Positions 1 to 25,440 are shown, numbered from the stretch's first letter. The stretch is DNA of 64,000 nucleotides from Chrysomallon squamiferum (GCA_012295275.1 CM022675.1:16120001-16184000); one strand, 5' to 3'. Program-made: numbers and translations. The notes: generated by a model not told the origin, from the sequence alone.

Positions 1-151
1 ATAAAAAGAACACTGTAGTTTGAGAACTACAGATAAATAATTAATTGTTGTTAGAATTGGATTAAGAATAACATCAAATAAACAAAAACAGAACCATCAC
101 TATTTGAGATAAAACATTGTTTTTTTAATTGTGATAATTTGTTTGTTTCAG

Positions 152-11608
<11,457 letters not shown>

Positions 11609-13972
11609 CACCAGCTGCTCACAGCAGCTACAGCAACAGCATGACTGTGAACCTTAAAAATATGTTTTAAATTATTATGTGCTTCACACTGTAAAAACAC
11701 ATTTAAAATGATTACAGCCTAGATGTGTAAAAAATGTTCCTCTCTTATATCTGCAGCAGAACTTGTTATTTTCTGTCTAGATTTTTCTGTTTTAATTGAC
11801 TTCAAGTAGCTGTCACATAGATAAAAAATTCAGTTCAAAGAAATAATTCTTTGTAATGTTGTGTCTTGTTATTTGAAATAAAACGATCACACAAAAATTA
11901 CTTAATACTAGAAGCAAAAAACTGCTTGTTAAATTTATCAGTAGATATTTTGTGAGACACAAGGTTTGATTTATAACTTATTGTCAAACAGACATATTGA
12001 AAAGTGAAAATAATTTTCAGTATCTACTATACATTAACATATCACTGTGATTCTTATAGGTGTTTCCTTGCAGAGTTGTCTGATAACACATAAATATACT
12101 TTCCTTAAACTATTAATTTACAGTGTATAGATAATATACATTTTCATAATCTTCTGAGGTCAGAATTTGAAGTATATAACATTACAAAACATGTTTATAA
12201 AATCAATGCTGAAGAAGAAATTTTAATTTCACAACTTTAAAGAATAGTCTGCTATTTCTGTTGAATAATAAAGTATATTGTGTCAAAATACTGCTGATTC
12301 CAGACTACAAGACGTACTTTCACATACATTCACTATTTTAGTTAATATACACAAGTACAAATTGTAACACATTTTACATATTTTATCAAATTTTTTCGTT
12401 GCTTCATCTTCGTTCCGTCCGGTTGTACATTTTATTTAATATTTATATACACAGAAATTTTGTGGTTGTTTTAGCTGTTACAACATTTATAATGATCCAT
12501 CCATATTTTATTTTCAGTATTTTATAATGCTGTTAATTTATAATTTATTTTTTAATTTATTAAGTAGATGTATACTTTAATATGATTTTTTAAAATATTA
12601 ACTAACTCTGGATGCCAACATTTGATTAGAATAAAGTCTAACAGTAGTATAATAAGGCTACTAGGCAGACGATGGCCAGTATATTTCCATTTTGTGTGAT
12701 GTTTTAAATGGATTTATAAACAATTTGAACATAATAAAAGATGAATAACCATGATTTAGTCTGTCAAGTGCTGTGAACCTTCTAATAACGAAATGACCTC
12801 CTGAACAAGATATAATTAATAAGATGGCATCTACATGAATTTCCTTTTTTTTATTTTTTATTGTTTTTTCTCTCTGTAAGCAAGGATCACTGGGCAGTTC
12901 AGTAAGAGTTAAACACACAAATGTAAAGATGCTGTTTGTTCAAGGGTCCTCATCAACACATAATACAACAGTGTAAAATAGATCTGCTGTTTTCTGTACA
13001 TAAAATCAAATGCTAAAATAAAGTTTTGTTTGGTTAAAAAAATCAATATCAAAATAAAAAAGTCAAGTCATTTAAACAGAATTTTTAAAATAATTTTAAG
13101 TATTTAAATGGTAAAACTCAGAAAGCAAACTAATTTATGTATTTAAAAAGTTTTAAAGCACTGTTTATACTGACTGTGTAATTGAAAAAACGTGATAAAG
13201 TTTAAACTCATAAATAGTCTGAGATCTTTTTTATGGCTGCAACACTTCTCTATACAAATTTTATTATTACAAATAAATATTTTTTCACTGTGTGTTGTTT
13301 GTTTTAGTTTGACTCAGTGGTTGTATCATCAGACATGGTCTGTGATAAATCAGTTGTAACTCAATAGTACTGAGTAACCAACCCAGTGTTTGAAGATGAA
13401 GAATTCTTTGGGTTTTTTAATGTTTTCTAATTTGTGTTTAATTTTTTTGCCTAGAGAAGTAAGAAATCATAAACTGTTCATAACTTCCATAAGTAAACAA
13501 ATAATAAATTTTTTAAAATTGTTAAATAACTTTGTAAATGTTCCATTCAGCCAATAAAACTGATTATGGATTCTTACTAATGTTTTAATTTTGTGACAAT
13601 GGGACGTTTTTCAATTTGTACAATGAGTAACAATTATTTATTTCAGTATGTGAAATATTCTCTGTGTTTTGATAATTATGTCCAAATTTCTTAAAAGTTA
13701 TTGTGTTAGCAAAAATATTTGAATACAGAAAGTCAAGTTTTCCAGAACAGGACACAGAATTAGATTCACATAACTGACAATTTTATTCAGCAACAGTAAT
13801 GATGTACAAGTAGATGTTTTATGACAAATAATTTAATGTGTTTGGACACACACAAATAACTGTCAATGCAGCATGAAGAAACAATGAAAACGGACATAGT
13901 TATGGTAACAGCTCTAATTAAAGTTTTGAACAATGTTTTATGTCAACAATGAGATGAACACTTAATACACTT

Positions 13973-16183
13973 TCATGTTTTCATTGGTTCACTTCCATCT
14001 GAAGTTTTGTGCAACTTTTCTAGCTCTGCCCTGAAAAGAAAAACAAAAAAAGTCAATATGGAGAAAATAGAAAATAGGAAAAAAATGTCACAGAAAAAAA
14101 AACAGGGAAAAAAGTCACAATTTTGTCAGAGTTCTTTTTTAATATTGGTGGTTTAGGCTGATGTTCCACCCAAACCAGGAAGAAATTCTGCAGTCTTGTG
14201 ACTGACACACAAGCTGGACATAGATTCAACGAACCTGGCATCGAGGTGGATGATGGTGCTCACTGTCGCCTGCTCACATTGAAACCATTCAGTAACTCAC
14301 CAGACTGATGGGTGGTAGTAGCCCACAAGAACATGTTGTTCCAACCTTCACACAAGTTGTTTGTACAAGGATTATTGTTCTTGGTGGCATCATGAACATT
14401 CCACAGAACATTCTGAGCTGAGTAACAAGCTTCTCTGCTGGCTGCTGAATCTGTCAGAAAGAACCACGGATGTACATTCAATCAAAGTACATAATTAAGT
14501 CCTCAACTTCAGGTGGATCTTGCAGCATGACAGCTGTTATGTGTTCCATACCCTCCTCAACGTCATCTAATGGCAACAAGGCAAGAGCATCCATCATACC
14601 ACAAAACAGGCAAAAGTCACCATGTTGTCTGGACCCAAGCCTAAGTCTGAATCACATAAAAGGTGCATCACCTAAGATGACAGAAACAACCCTTTTTTGT
14701 AACGATAGCTTGCAGTAAACCATGTTCAAAGTCAGTCACTCTGGTTTGTATACTGAAGTCAAAGTCTAATTCTGCACACTTGTCCACTATACCCTGAAAC
14801 AGTTCTTAAGTGGCTCAGGTCTTGTTAGGAAGGAGAGTGTAAACAGTAGTAATAGCTGTATCACCAAAGGGCACACAGATAACATACAGTTGCTTGAAGT
14901 CTTTTGGAGCCATGGAGAAGTTACCATCCATGTAGAGGTGTCGGCAACAGCAAGGTGTCTCAGTTTTTCCTTGGTAGCAAACAGGAGGAGACGGTTATTT
15001 ATATCTGGACCAACTGTCTGAGTGAACTCAACAGGAAGATCACCTAAATCTTCTAGCACAGGCAACACAGGAGGTGTTGGGTATTGTTTTTTTATATATA
15101 TACTGATTAACTAACATTCAAGTTATTACCTAATTTTAATTAAAGTCTTCATCATGCACACCAATATTTGTTAAAATACATACTATATATTTAAAAATAT
15201 ATATTTTTCTTTTTTAACCTTCAAACATTTAGTTGTATATAATTATCACTGGAATAATGCTGGGGAGGGAAGTTTGGAAAATATAAATATACCTTAGTTG
15301 TTTAGAGAAATCATCCTCAATGTTATCATCATCCCAGTTATCTTCCCAAACTTTATCATCTTCTAAATCTTCTTCTGCTCCTGTCCAGTCTAGTGAAAGA
15401 TACATCATTATTAATACCACCTTAAAAACATCTGTCAGTAAGTCTACATGTATCATGGTACTGGGGAAATTTGCTGATAAAAACAGTTACATCATCATTA
15501 TGATACAATCCTAAAACTTGTATTGAACTTGTAAGCACATTTTGTTCAATGTTACTTCAAATTACTTGTTAGTTTTGTTCAATGTTACTTGCTGAGTGTT
15601 AATAAAATCACAATGGTATGTGTGTTAGTTAATATAGTTTTATCATTTGTTATTCGATTTATCGTAATTCGTAAAAGAAAAAAGTTATAGTTACATACCT
15701 ACAAATATTAATACAAATAATTATAATTTATTATCATGAATCGATGAAGTCATTCGACTCACTGAGTCATTGTTTCCATAAAATATACTGAACTATTAAA
15801 CTGAAAAATCATTCGATTAACTTCATATGTTCTCATGACAGTGTGAAAAATCCATGATTCATTCCCTTCTACTGACTATTTGACAACTACGTTTGTGTCG
15901 TATCTGTTAGTAGTTTTACAACATTTAAACATTTTAATCTATACTCAGGTCAGTATAATGTAAATAGTAAATAGTAATACTGACTACAGAGTTAGTACCG
16001 GTGACTCAACAATAAATTATTTATGTTAAAATGTACAAATTTTAACATTTTTAATTAGACAGCTACCACAACTAAACTCAAAAACAAAATAAAATATAAA
16101 CCTTCTGCTGGAAATTCCTCAAACTCATCATCTTCTTCAAGAAGACCTAAATCAGGTTTCTTGTCTTTCTGCAGGTCAGCCAT
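13973..16183 (-). CDS. SEM1: 26S proteasome complex subunit SEM1 (DSS1), 78 aa
   Basis: Exons 16183-16102, 15389-15293 and 14030-13973 give [78 protein letters not shown], which carries the diagnostic DSS1 acidic motifs. Confidence 0.97.
14070..15085 (-). mobile_element. Decayed Mutator-like (MULE) transposase fragment in SEM1 intron 2
   Basis: Frameshifted peptides [35 protein letters not shown] and [17 protein letters not shown] resemble animal MULE DDE transposases; subterminal gaaaaaaagtcaca-type repeats lie near 14078-14120. Confidence 0.75.
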
Positions 16184-16618
16184 TTTGTTAAACTGCTTTT
16201 GCTTTCCTCCTCGATAATTAGGACGCACCACGTTTCCGTTACATGAAATGTTTATTATGATTAGAAATATTGTGAGATTGTCATATTTAACAAAATCTGA
16301 TAGAAAATATTGTAGCTTGTTTCAGTATTTATATAATTATTAAAATATATAGTTATATATGCATAAATGCTATAATACTGAAACATTCAGATAATGTGAT
16401 ATCTGTTGCAGTGTTGGCAGTTTTCAGTGTTTGACTTTTTTTATTTTCCCCGACGATATTGATTCGGTAATAAGGTTATTTATTTATTTATTTATTTATT
16501 TATTAATACTACTGCTATTATTTGTTATCGTTCCCCTTGAACTAAATTTTTGATAAACTGTCTAAGTTTCTGAATGTCGGTTAAAAAGAAAAGAAATATT
16601 TATTTTATTTTATTTTAT

Positions 16619-16650
<32 letters not shown>

Positions 16651-16852
16651 AATAATTATTATTATTATTATTTTTAATTTACAGGTTTTTTTTTATTTTA
16701 TTTATTTATTATTATTTTTATATATATAGATATTATATGTTGCTAACTTTAATAATGTTTAGATTATACCTAACTAGATTGGTGAAATGGGAAATATCAG
16801 TTTACAGTGTGTTAGTGCCACCAAATGTGGTTTCCCTTTGAAGAGTACTTAA
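16184..16852. promoter_or_regulatory. Bidirectional promoter region of SEM1 and NEMP
   Basis: Divergent ATGs are about 670 bp apart; CpG is locally retained; both ATGs sit in YY1-like motifs (AAATGGCGGC at 16851, AAAATGGCTG on the minus strand). Confidence 0.7.
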
Positions 16853-17444
16853 ATGGCGGCGAACTTGATTTGGTTTCATTTCTTGGTTTTCATAGGATTG
16901 TTTTGTCTGCTTTTTAGAGTTTTAAACTGCACCGACACAGATGTCACTGGAATTTTAGATGACTGCAAACGTTCTAAAGACTGTAAGTTTATCATAGTGT
17001 AAACTGTATAATTTTTAATTTAGTGATCTTTGGTATCGAAAATAAACTTTTCAACTGCTAGTTCTGAGTTCAACTTTCAAGTAGTACTTGTTCTACTTCT
17101 AGTATTTAGAATCGAAACTTTTAAAATATACTGCAGAAAAAAAAGCAGAAAAGCAGAAAGAAATATACTGTTATCAGTAATGCAATATTGCTGTGAAGGT
17201 TTATATCGCTGAAAACTAGTATATTATAATTAATTTTATATACAATTCGGTTAAGCTTCAACTTAACGTCTTGACTTAAGGGAATGTATTCATGCTTTAT
17301 ATATTAACACAAATGCTAAACCTGTCAGTGTTAATTAATAAACTGAAAAATATATTGTTTGATTAACATATTTTAGGTATTAACAAATGACAATACCTTA
17401 ATATTAATAATGATAGTGATACAATTTTCACTTTATGTTAATAA

Positions 17445-17502
<58 letters not shown>

Positions 17503-18345
17503 ATATATATATATATATATTGTTATGATATTAATAAAGATATGTATTATTTTTATGGTATAATAAAATCTTTAAAGATACATATTATTTTTTATCTTTA
17601 TAATAAACAGATTTTTCTTATAAATAAAAAATTACCTCTTTATTATAGTAACACAAAGATTATACACCTTTTTATCATAAACAAAAAAACTAAGTTTTTC
17701 AGTTTATGATAAAAATTATATAATCTTTTGTACATTTATAATAAAGAGGTAATTTTTTACGAAAGATGGTTGTTGTTCAGGTTTCATTGTTGGAGAAGGA
17801 GGGCTGGAAACCACGCTGAAGGTGAAAGGGAGAGAAGATGGGGAGGATCGACTCATGACGCTGTGTTACCGAGGACAAACCCAGAGAAATGTACAGACTG
17901 TGGGTCAATCCCAGGGTACACACTAAACATTTGTCACTTACTTATATATATATATCATTAATAATAAATAAATGATAAAATTATCTTTATTTCATAAAAT
18001 TTAAATCAAATATGCTTCATAGTTAGATACAAATATTTCTCCTAAAATCATTCAGTTAATTTGAAAACATACATAAAAAGGAGGTATAATAATAGAATTT
18101 TGTGGGTCATTGAAATGGCTGTATGTAGACTTTGTATTAAATATACTGCAAACAATTTTAGTTTAAAGATATTTTAATATTTAGTATGATAACAAAATAA
18201 TCAATTTCTCTGTTAAAATTATAATTGATAAATATAGCAAGATTGGCAATTTTAATATATTATATGCTTTTTCTTTTAATATTTAAAATATATGTATATT
18301 ATTATATATATTATTATTCTTCATCTTCTTCTTCTTCTTCTTCTT

Positions 18346-18417
<72 letters not shown>

Positions 18418-21400
18418 GGACGGTTGCAGAGGTTGCCATATATAGATTGTGTTACAGTTGTTAATTATTACTTTCAAATCTAGGTGGTGATTAAACCATC
18501 TTCAGATGACCAGAAGTTGGAGTTTTATTTTGGAAAGAACTTGTCCAGTGTTCAGGAATATTATTCTTCTCACATGTTCAACATGTTTGGCTGGTTTTCT
18601 GTAAAACAAGGATTTTCCTTTGATCCGTTTAATGTGAGCTGTCTCGGAATTGTGTCCAATAACAGATACACAGTGTCCTTCAAAATCCGAAGTAAGATGT
18701 TTTTATAACACATCAGTGAAACTGTTTTTTTTAAACATTACACTGAGATTGTAATAAAAAAAAAAAAAAAAGAAAGAAAGAAATCACACGAAAAAAAATA
18801 GTTAATATACAATGTAAAAACTGAAAGGAAAAATTGAAAAATGTTTCTTTGAAATTTGTTGATTAAAAAAGACTTATAAATAATAAAATTAAAAGTATGG
18901 GTATCTGTTAAAATGATGATTTAATTTAGAAACAGACCATCCCTTATCAAAGATCCTTTAAAAATAAAAGTGATTTGAAAGATTTTCACATTTTTGAAAT
19001 AAAAGTCTCATTTATATTTCGTACATAACTTATACATGTTGCCTGAAGATAATTATATACAATATTTTAAATGTTTTTGTGTGTTGTACTATAACTGTTT
19101 CAGGAGCTTTTTAAAATGTGTTTGTTTTGTTTTCTTTTGTTGGATCTAGTAACTTTAGATATCAGATATTTAAACTGTTTGTTATATTGGATACTCCAAA
19201 TATTTAATTATTATAATTGTCATTTAATTGTTTAAATATTAGTAATTTGTATGTTACAAGTTTTAACAGTCTGGGATTCACTTTTATTTTTTATTTTTTT
19301 GTTGTTTTGTTTTCAGACCCGGAGCTGTGGTATGTGTTTTGTGTTGTCGTAGGAATCATCATCTTTTTCTGGGCTGATTCATGGAGCAAGTAAGTTTTAT
19401 ATAAATCATTTGAAAGTAACTTTCTATTATCTTTGTTTTCTACTGTGTTTGTTTTCTAATATCTTTGTTTTCTACTATCTTTGTTTTTATTTGTTTGTTT
19501 TCTATTGTGTTTGTTTTCTACTATCTTTGTTTTCTATTGTTTGTTTTCTGTACTATCTTTGTTTTCTATTCTTTGTTTTATTGTTTGTTTTCTACTATTT
19601 TTGTTTTCTACTGTCTTTGTTTTCTACTGTCTTTGTTTTGTATTATCTTTATTTTCTACTAGTTTTGTGTTCCTGAAGGAAATATTTTCACACTTGCAGA
19701 ATAATCACTTTTCAAATTGTGTCGACTGTCTTTATGTATTTTGTATAATTTGGTCAAAATCTTTACCACAAATTGAGGAAAAAACCCCATAAATTGTGGA
19801 AGTTTAGTAAGTTTATTAAATTTTACATTAACTAACAAATTATGCTGTTTTTCACTTACTAACATAACTCAAGATATTTAAATTCTGTCAGGAATGGAAT
19901 TGAAGAACTTTGATAAGCCAGTGTTTTATCAAGTTTTACAGTAAAATGGATGTATGATGTAATTAAAACTGTTTGCTATTTTCAGAAACACTGTCCTGCA
20001 CTACACTACTGGTGTTACTGTTGGAATCCTAGCATCAATTCTTGTAGCTGTGTTCATACTAACCCGCATTTTACCTCAGGTATTTTAATAAAGTCTGTGT
20101 GTGTGTATGTATGTTATATGTCTGTAAGTATAATCTACAAATAGGTCTTCAACACACACACCCAACATGTACACAGGGACATATGTTATAAGTATCTAAG
20201 TGTGTAAACATATATGTGTCTGTCTCTCTCTCTTTATCTCTCTCTGTCTGTCTTTCTATCTGTCTGTCTATATACCTCTGTGTGTGTGTGTGGACCATAA
20301 TTAAAAGATTCTTGGAATTTGACCTGTAGATCTAAATATTTATTTTTAAATTTTATCTTTCAGACACTTCGTCGAATCACTTGGGTCATTGGATTGTTTG
20401 GAACATCATTCTTTCTTTACTTGTTAAAAATACTCTACCTCAATCCATGGCAGATGCTCGCAGACTACTGGCCCTACGTCATCGGCTACGTGGGCACCTT
20501 TGGGCTGCTCAGTTTTGCAGCTGTGTACAGAATGGGTCCAATCGCCAACCCAAGGACGTTAGATCTTGTGCGATGGATGTTACAAGGGACATCACTCTGT
20601 TTAGTTTATTTTGGGACACAGATTCCTGAGGCTTCAATAGCTATCATCATCATAATGTTGTCAGTTTATAACTTCCCGAAAAAAATTGCAATCATATGGA
20701 GAAGGGTGAGGTAAGATGGAGTTTCAGAATTCGGATTGGGGAAAAAGGAGAACTGCTGTTTTATTATTTTATTTGTTTAATTGTTGATGACCTATTATTT
20801 TAATTATTTCTTTGCTGTTCTTCAACTTGCCGTCAGTAATTAGTAAATGAAGATTTTTTTTTTTTTTTTTTTTTTTGCATAGTCAGTCAAATAATCTGAA
20901 ACTTTTGTTTGTATGTCAATTCATGCAAACAAACATACAAGTCTGAAACATATCACACTCATCATTCAGTTAAATTTAGACAAATCATTCATCAGAACTT
21001 CAAAAAAATAAATGTTACTTCATATGTAATGTGTATGTGTGTATGTTTGTATCTGTATCTATCTATATATATATACTCTCCTAAAAAAGACACGCAAAAG
21101 TAGATTTTATTGACATTGGGAATATCTATCTAATGGATCAACAGAAAGCAGCAGAATGTTCACATTTTACACACACTTTTGCAGTTCATTAATATTGATG
21201 GTATTACATTGAAAAGGTTAAAGTTCAAGGTTATAACAATACCGTGTGTGCCCACAATGGGAGTGCAGAACTGCCTGACATCTCCTTCCCATGGCAGTAA
21301 CAACATTACGAATTACACCTTGTGGAATGGTGGCCCACTCTGTCTGTAGTAATATCGCCAACTGAGCACGATTCTGTGGCTGTGGTTGATGCTGCCTCAG

Positions 21401-22621
21401 TCATCTATCCAGCTCATTCCATAAATGCTTTATAGGGTTCAAATTCAGAGATTTTGAGGGCCAGGGCAGGACCTGAGTGTTATTGTTGTGTAGATAAGCT
21501 GTTGTGAGTCTGACTGTATGTGGTCTCGCATTGTCATGCTGGAATACAGCATTACCATTATTCATAATTGGAGTGACATGTGGCTGCAAAATTTCATCTC
21601 AGTAAATCTGTGCCGTTAAGTTGCCTTGGATTTCATCAGGTTGGTCAGTCATCTCTGTGAAATTGCTTAAATCACTACCACTGCCAAATCTGTCAGCTTC
21701 CTGTATGCAGTTTGCAGCAAACCGTTCAACACAGCGTCTGTAAACTCGACATATTCAATCAACTCAATGAAGCAGAAATCAAGCCTCATCATTAAACCAG
21801 ACAGTTCTCCATCGTAACTGAGGCCAGACTCTGTGCAGTTGGCACCAATGACGTCGTACTCGACGATGTTGTTGAGTCAAAACCACTCTTCATACAGGCC
21901 GTCTGGCTCGAATACCTGCCTCGCGTAAACGATTACGCACTGTCTGAGCCGATATTCTACACAGACCTGGTATTGCTGAAGCAGTAGAGGTAGCCGTGGT
22001 GGTTCTTTCCCGTAGATGAAGTACCCGTATGTAGCAGTCTTGGGCCCTGGTGGTTACACGTGGTCTACATGATCTGGGACGGTTCACGTGTTGTTTGGTT
22101 TTGCTGGGATACCACAATCTCAGGATGGTGGTTGGGGGGATACATGGAACACCACATGGCGTTGTTTCAGGTTCACTCAGTCGTGGCATTTGTTTGATGT
22201 TGGGTCAGAACAAAAATAACGAACAGAAGTTTTCGAAAGCCTTGCCTTTTTATAACCCTCATATTAAAGTTTCATCTGCCTCATGTGAACATGCACTGGT
22301 AACGTGGTTTGCATGCGGGGACGTTTTGGCTAATAAACACGATCATAGCCTTTATTTTGTGTTACCTGCTTTTTGGCGACTGTAACAAAAGCTATACGTT
22401 TGAATCACCAAATGTCATTATATTTATAGTGTGATATGTGTCAGTTTACAATAGTTATTTTGTGTTTCTTTTTTGGGAGAGTATATATAGGTTGTTAGAA
22501 AGATAGAGAGATAGAAAAAGAGACAGGTACATAAATAGACAGATAGGCATACCGATAGATAATACTGTCATTACAAATAATTTTATATAAATTTCTTTCT
22601 TTTTTTGTTAACTATGTAGAT

Positions 22622-22652
<31 letters not shown>

Positions 22653-25249
22653 TATTTTCTCTTTGTTTTCTCCAGGTACAGACTTTTCCCGCCCAAAAGG
22701 AAACTTCTGACAGAAGAGGAGTATATAGCACAGGGTCAGCTTGAAACTGAAAAAGCTTTAAGACAACTCAGAGAGTTCTGTCGAAGTCCAGACTGTGATT
22801 CATGGAAAATTGTCAGTCGCTTGAAGACACCACAAAGGTATCCAAATTAAACATAACAGTATGTATGTATCTAACTTGATTATAAATGTAACAATATGCA
22901 TATGTAAATATCAACATAACAACATAGATATGTAAGTTAAATATAAACATAACATAGATATGTAAGTTAAATATAAATATAACAACATTGATATGTAAGT
23001 TAAATATAAATATAACATCACAGATATTTAAGTTAAAATAAATTATCATAGATATGTTTCTTTATGGGATGTAAGTTAAATATAAATATAACATCATAGA
23101 GATGTAAGTTAAATATAAATATAACACCACAGATATTTAAGTTAAATATAAATATAACAACATAGATATGTAAGTTAAATATAAATATAACAATATAGGA
23201 TGTAAGTTAAATATAAATATAACAACATAGGATGAAAGTTAAATATAAATATAACACCACAGATATCTAAGTTAAATATAAATATAACAACATAGATATG
23301 TAAGTTAAATATAAATATAACAACATAGATATGTAAGTTAAATATAAATATAACAACATAGGACGTAAGTTAAATATAAATATAACAATATAGGATGTAA
23401 GTTAAATATAAATATAACAACACAGATATGTAAGTTAAATATAAACATAGATATGTAAGTTAAATATAAATGTAACAACATAGATGTGTAAGTTAAATAT
23501 AAATATAACAACATAGATATGTAAGTTAAATATAAACATAACAACATAGATATGTAAGTTAAATACAAATATAACAACATAGATATGTACGTTAAATATA
23601 AACTTAACAACATAGATATGTAAGTTAAATATAAATATAACAACATAGATATGTAAGTTAAATATAAATATAGCAACATAGGATGAAAGTTAAATATAAA
23701 TATAACACCACAGATATCTAAGTTAAATATAAACATAACATAGATATGAAAGTTAAATATAAATATAGCAACATAGGATGCAAGTTAAATATAAATATAA
23801 CACCACAGATATCTAAGTTAAATATAAATATAACAACATAGATATGTAAGTTAAATATAAATATAACACCACAGATATGTAAGTTAAATATAACAGATAT
23901 GTAAGTTAAATATAAATGTAACAACATAAATATATAAGTTAAATATAAATGTAACAACATAGATGTGTAAGTTAAATATAAATATAACAACATAAATATA
24001 TAAGTTAAATATAAATATAACAACATTGATATGTAAGTTAAATATAAATATAACACCACAGATATGTAAGTTAAATATAAACATAACAACATAGATATGT
24101 AAGTTAAATATAAACATAACAACATAGATATGTAAGTTAAATACAAATATAACAACATAGGACGTAAGTTAAATATAAATATAACAATATAGGATGTAAG
24201 TTAAATATAAATATAACAACACAGATATGTAAGTTAAATATAAACATAACATAGATATGAAAGTTAAATATAAATATAACATTGATATGTAAGTTAAATG
24301 TAAATATAACAAGATAGATATGTAAGTTAAATATAAATATAACACCACAGATATGTAAGTTAAATATAAACATAACATAGATATGTAAGTTAAACATAAA
24401 TATAACAACATGGATATGTAAGTTAAATATAACATAGATATGTAAGTAAAATGTAAATATAACAACATAGGATATAAGTTAAATATAAATATAACAATAT
24501 AGGATGTAAGTTAAATATAAATATAACAACATAGATATGTAAGTTAAATATAAATATAAGAACATAGGTATGTAAGTTAAATATAAATATAACAACATAG
24601 GATGTAAGTTAAATATAAATATAACAACATAGATATGTAAGTTAAATATAAATATAACAGATATGTAAGTTAAATATTGACATAACAATATAGGATGTAA
24701 GTGAAATATAAATATAACAACATAGATATGTAAGTTAAATATAAATATAACAATATATATGTTTGTAAAATGAATATAGAAATCTGCTGACGTAACTGAG
24801 AAAGATATAAGCATTATCTGTGTGTATACATGTAGCTATGTATAGCAGTTGATTTAATCATAATCTGCTAGTGGCATATGTAAGTAATATCTATATAATA
24901 CTGATTATTACATATATGTATATGTGTGTGTGCATGTGTGTGTATGTGTATCTGTGTCTATGTCTTTATAAATATATAGATGTTACTTACATGCCACTAG
25001 CAGCTTATGATTATATTAACTGCTATACATGTGTACAAGGTACAGTTCCTGTGGTTGTTATTAAATATAAAATTATGAACTTGTTTCAGGTTTGCTAGTT
25101 TTATAGGAGGAGAATATCATGTTTCTGATGAAGAGTTTATAGAGTACGACTCATTTCCTGACACTAATCGATCAGCAAATAATGTTGATGATGATGATGA
25201 TGATGATAATGATGATGATGATGATGAATTGGAATTAAGACTATCATAG
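16853..25249 (+). CDS. NEMP1: Nuclear envelope integral membrane protein (NEMP1/TMEM194 family); apparent +1 frameshift in exon 2
   Basis: Exons 16853-16982, 17781-17915, 18484-18691, 19317-19389, 19986-20079, 20364-20710, 22676-22837, 25090-25249. Encodes a signal peptide, FDPFNVSCLGI, LHYTTGVTVGILAS, several TM helices and the C-terminal LLTEEEYIAQGQLETEKALRQLREFCRSPDCDSWKIVSRLKTPQRFASF typical of NEMP. Confidence 0.92.
18318..18417. repeat. (TCT)n/(TAT)n microsatellite
   Basis: Directly visible. Confidence 0.95.
19420..19660. repeat. About 17-bp minisatellite (tttgttttctactatct) just after NEMP exon 4
   Basis: Repeated unit; explains the spurious hydrophobic ORFs here. Confidence 0.85.
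21076..22481 (-). mobile_element. Tc1/mariner (DD34E-type) element with pseudogenised transposase in NEMP intron 6
   Basis: Imperfect TIRs ctctcctaaaaaagacacgcaaaa and ttttgtgtttcttttttgggagag, flanked by TA. Minus-strand peptides MPRLS, RPRSCRPRVTT..ISAQTVRNRLREAG, VFQHDNARPH and LPWPSKSLNLNPIKHLW (catalytic E replaced by K), with frameshifts. Confidence 0.93.
22850..24760 (+). repeat. About 33-bp minisatellite, about 1.9 kb, starting right after the NEMP exon 7 donor
   Basis: Unit aacaacatagatatGTAAGTtaaatataaatat; about 40 copies keep GTAAGT (hand count). Confidence 0.95.
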
Positions 25250-25440
25250 CTTTGACAGAAGTAACAGAAGTTAGCTCTTTTTATCACTGACAACAAATTT
25301 AACAAACTTGTGATAAATTTGAAAGTGCAAATATGTGAAAGGTTTTAAAAACGTATTTAATTATTTAATCTGATGAAAAAGAAAAAAGATTATTTTCTTC
25401 TGTTCAGTTTTATTTTTCATTATCAAGGTTATTATAAATG

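Noticed and set aside
17853-17860. TGA readthrough or programmed frameshift as an explanation for NEMP exon 2
   Set aside because: The TGA is in the non-coding frame upstream of the shift and no known recoding signal is present; a single-base indel is simpler.
22813-24814. Several minus-strand hydrophobic ORFs (MLLYLYLTYIS repeats)
   Set aside because: Translations of the 33-bp minisatellite, antisense to the NEMP intron.
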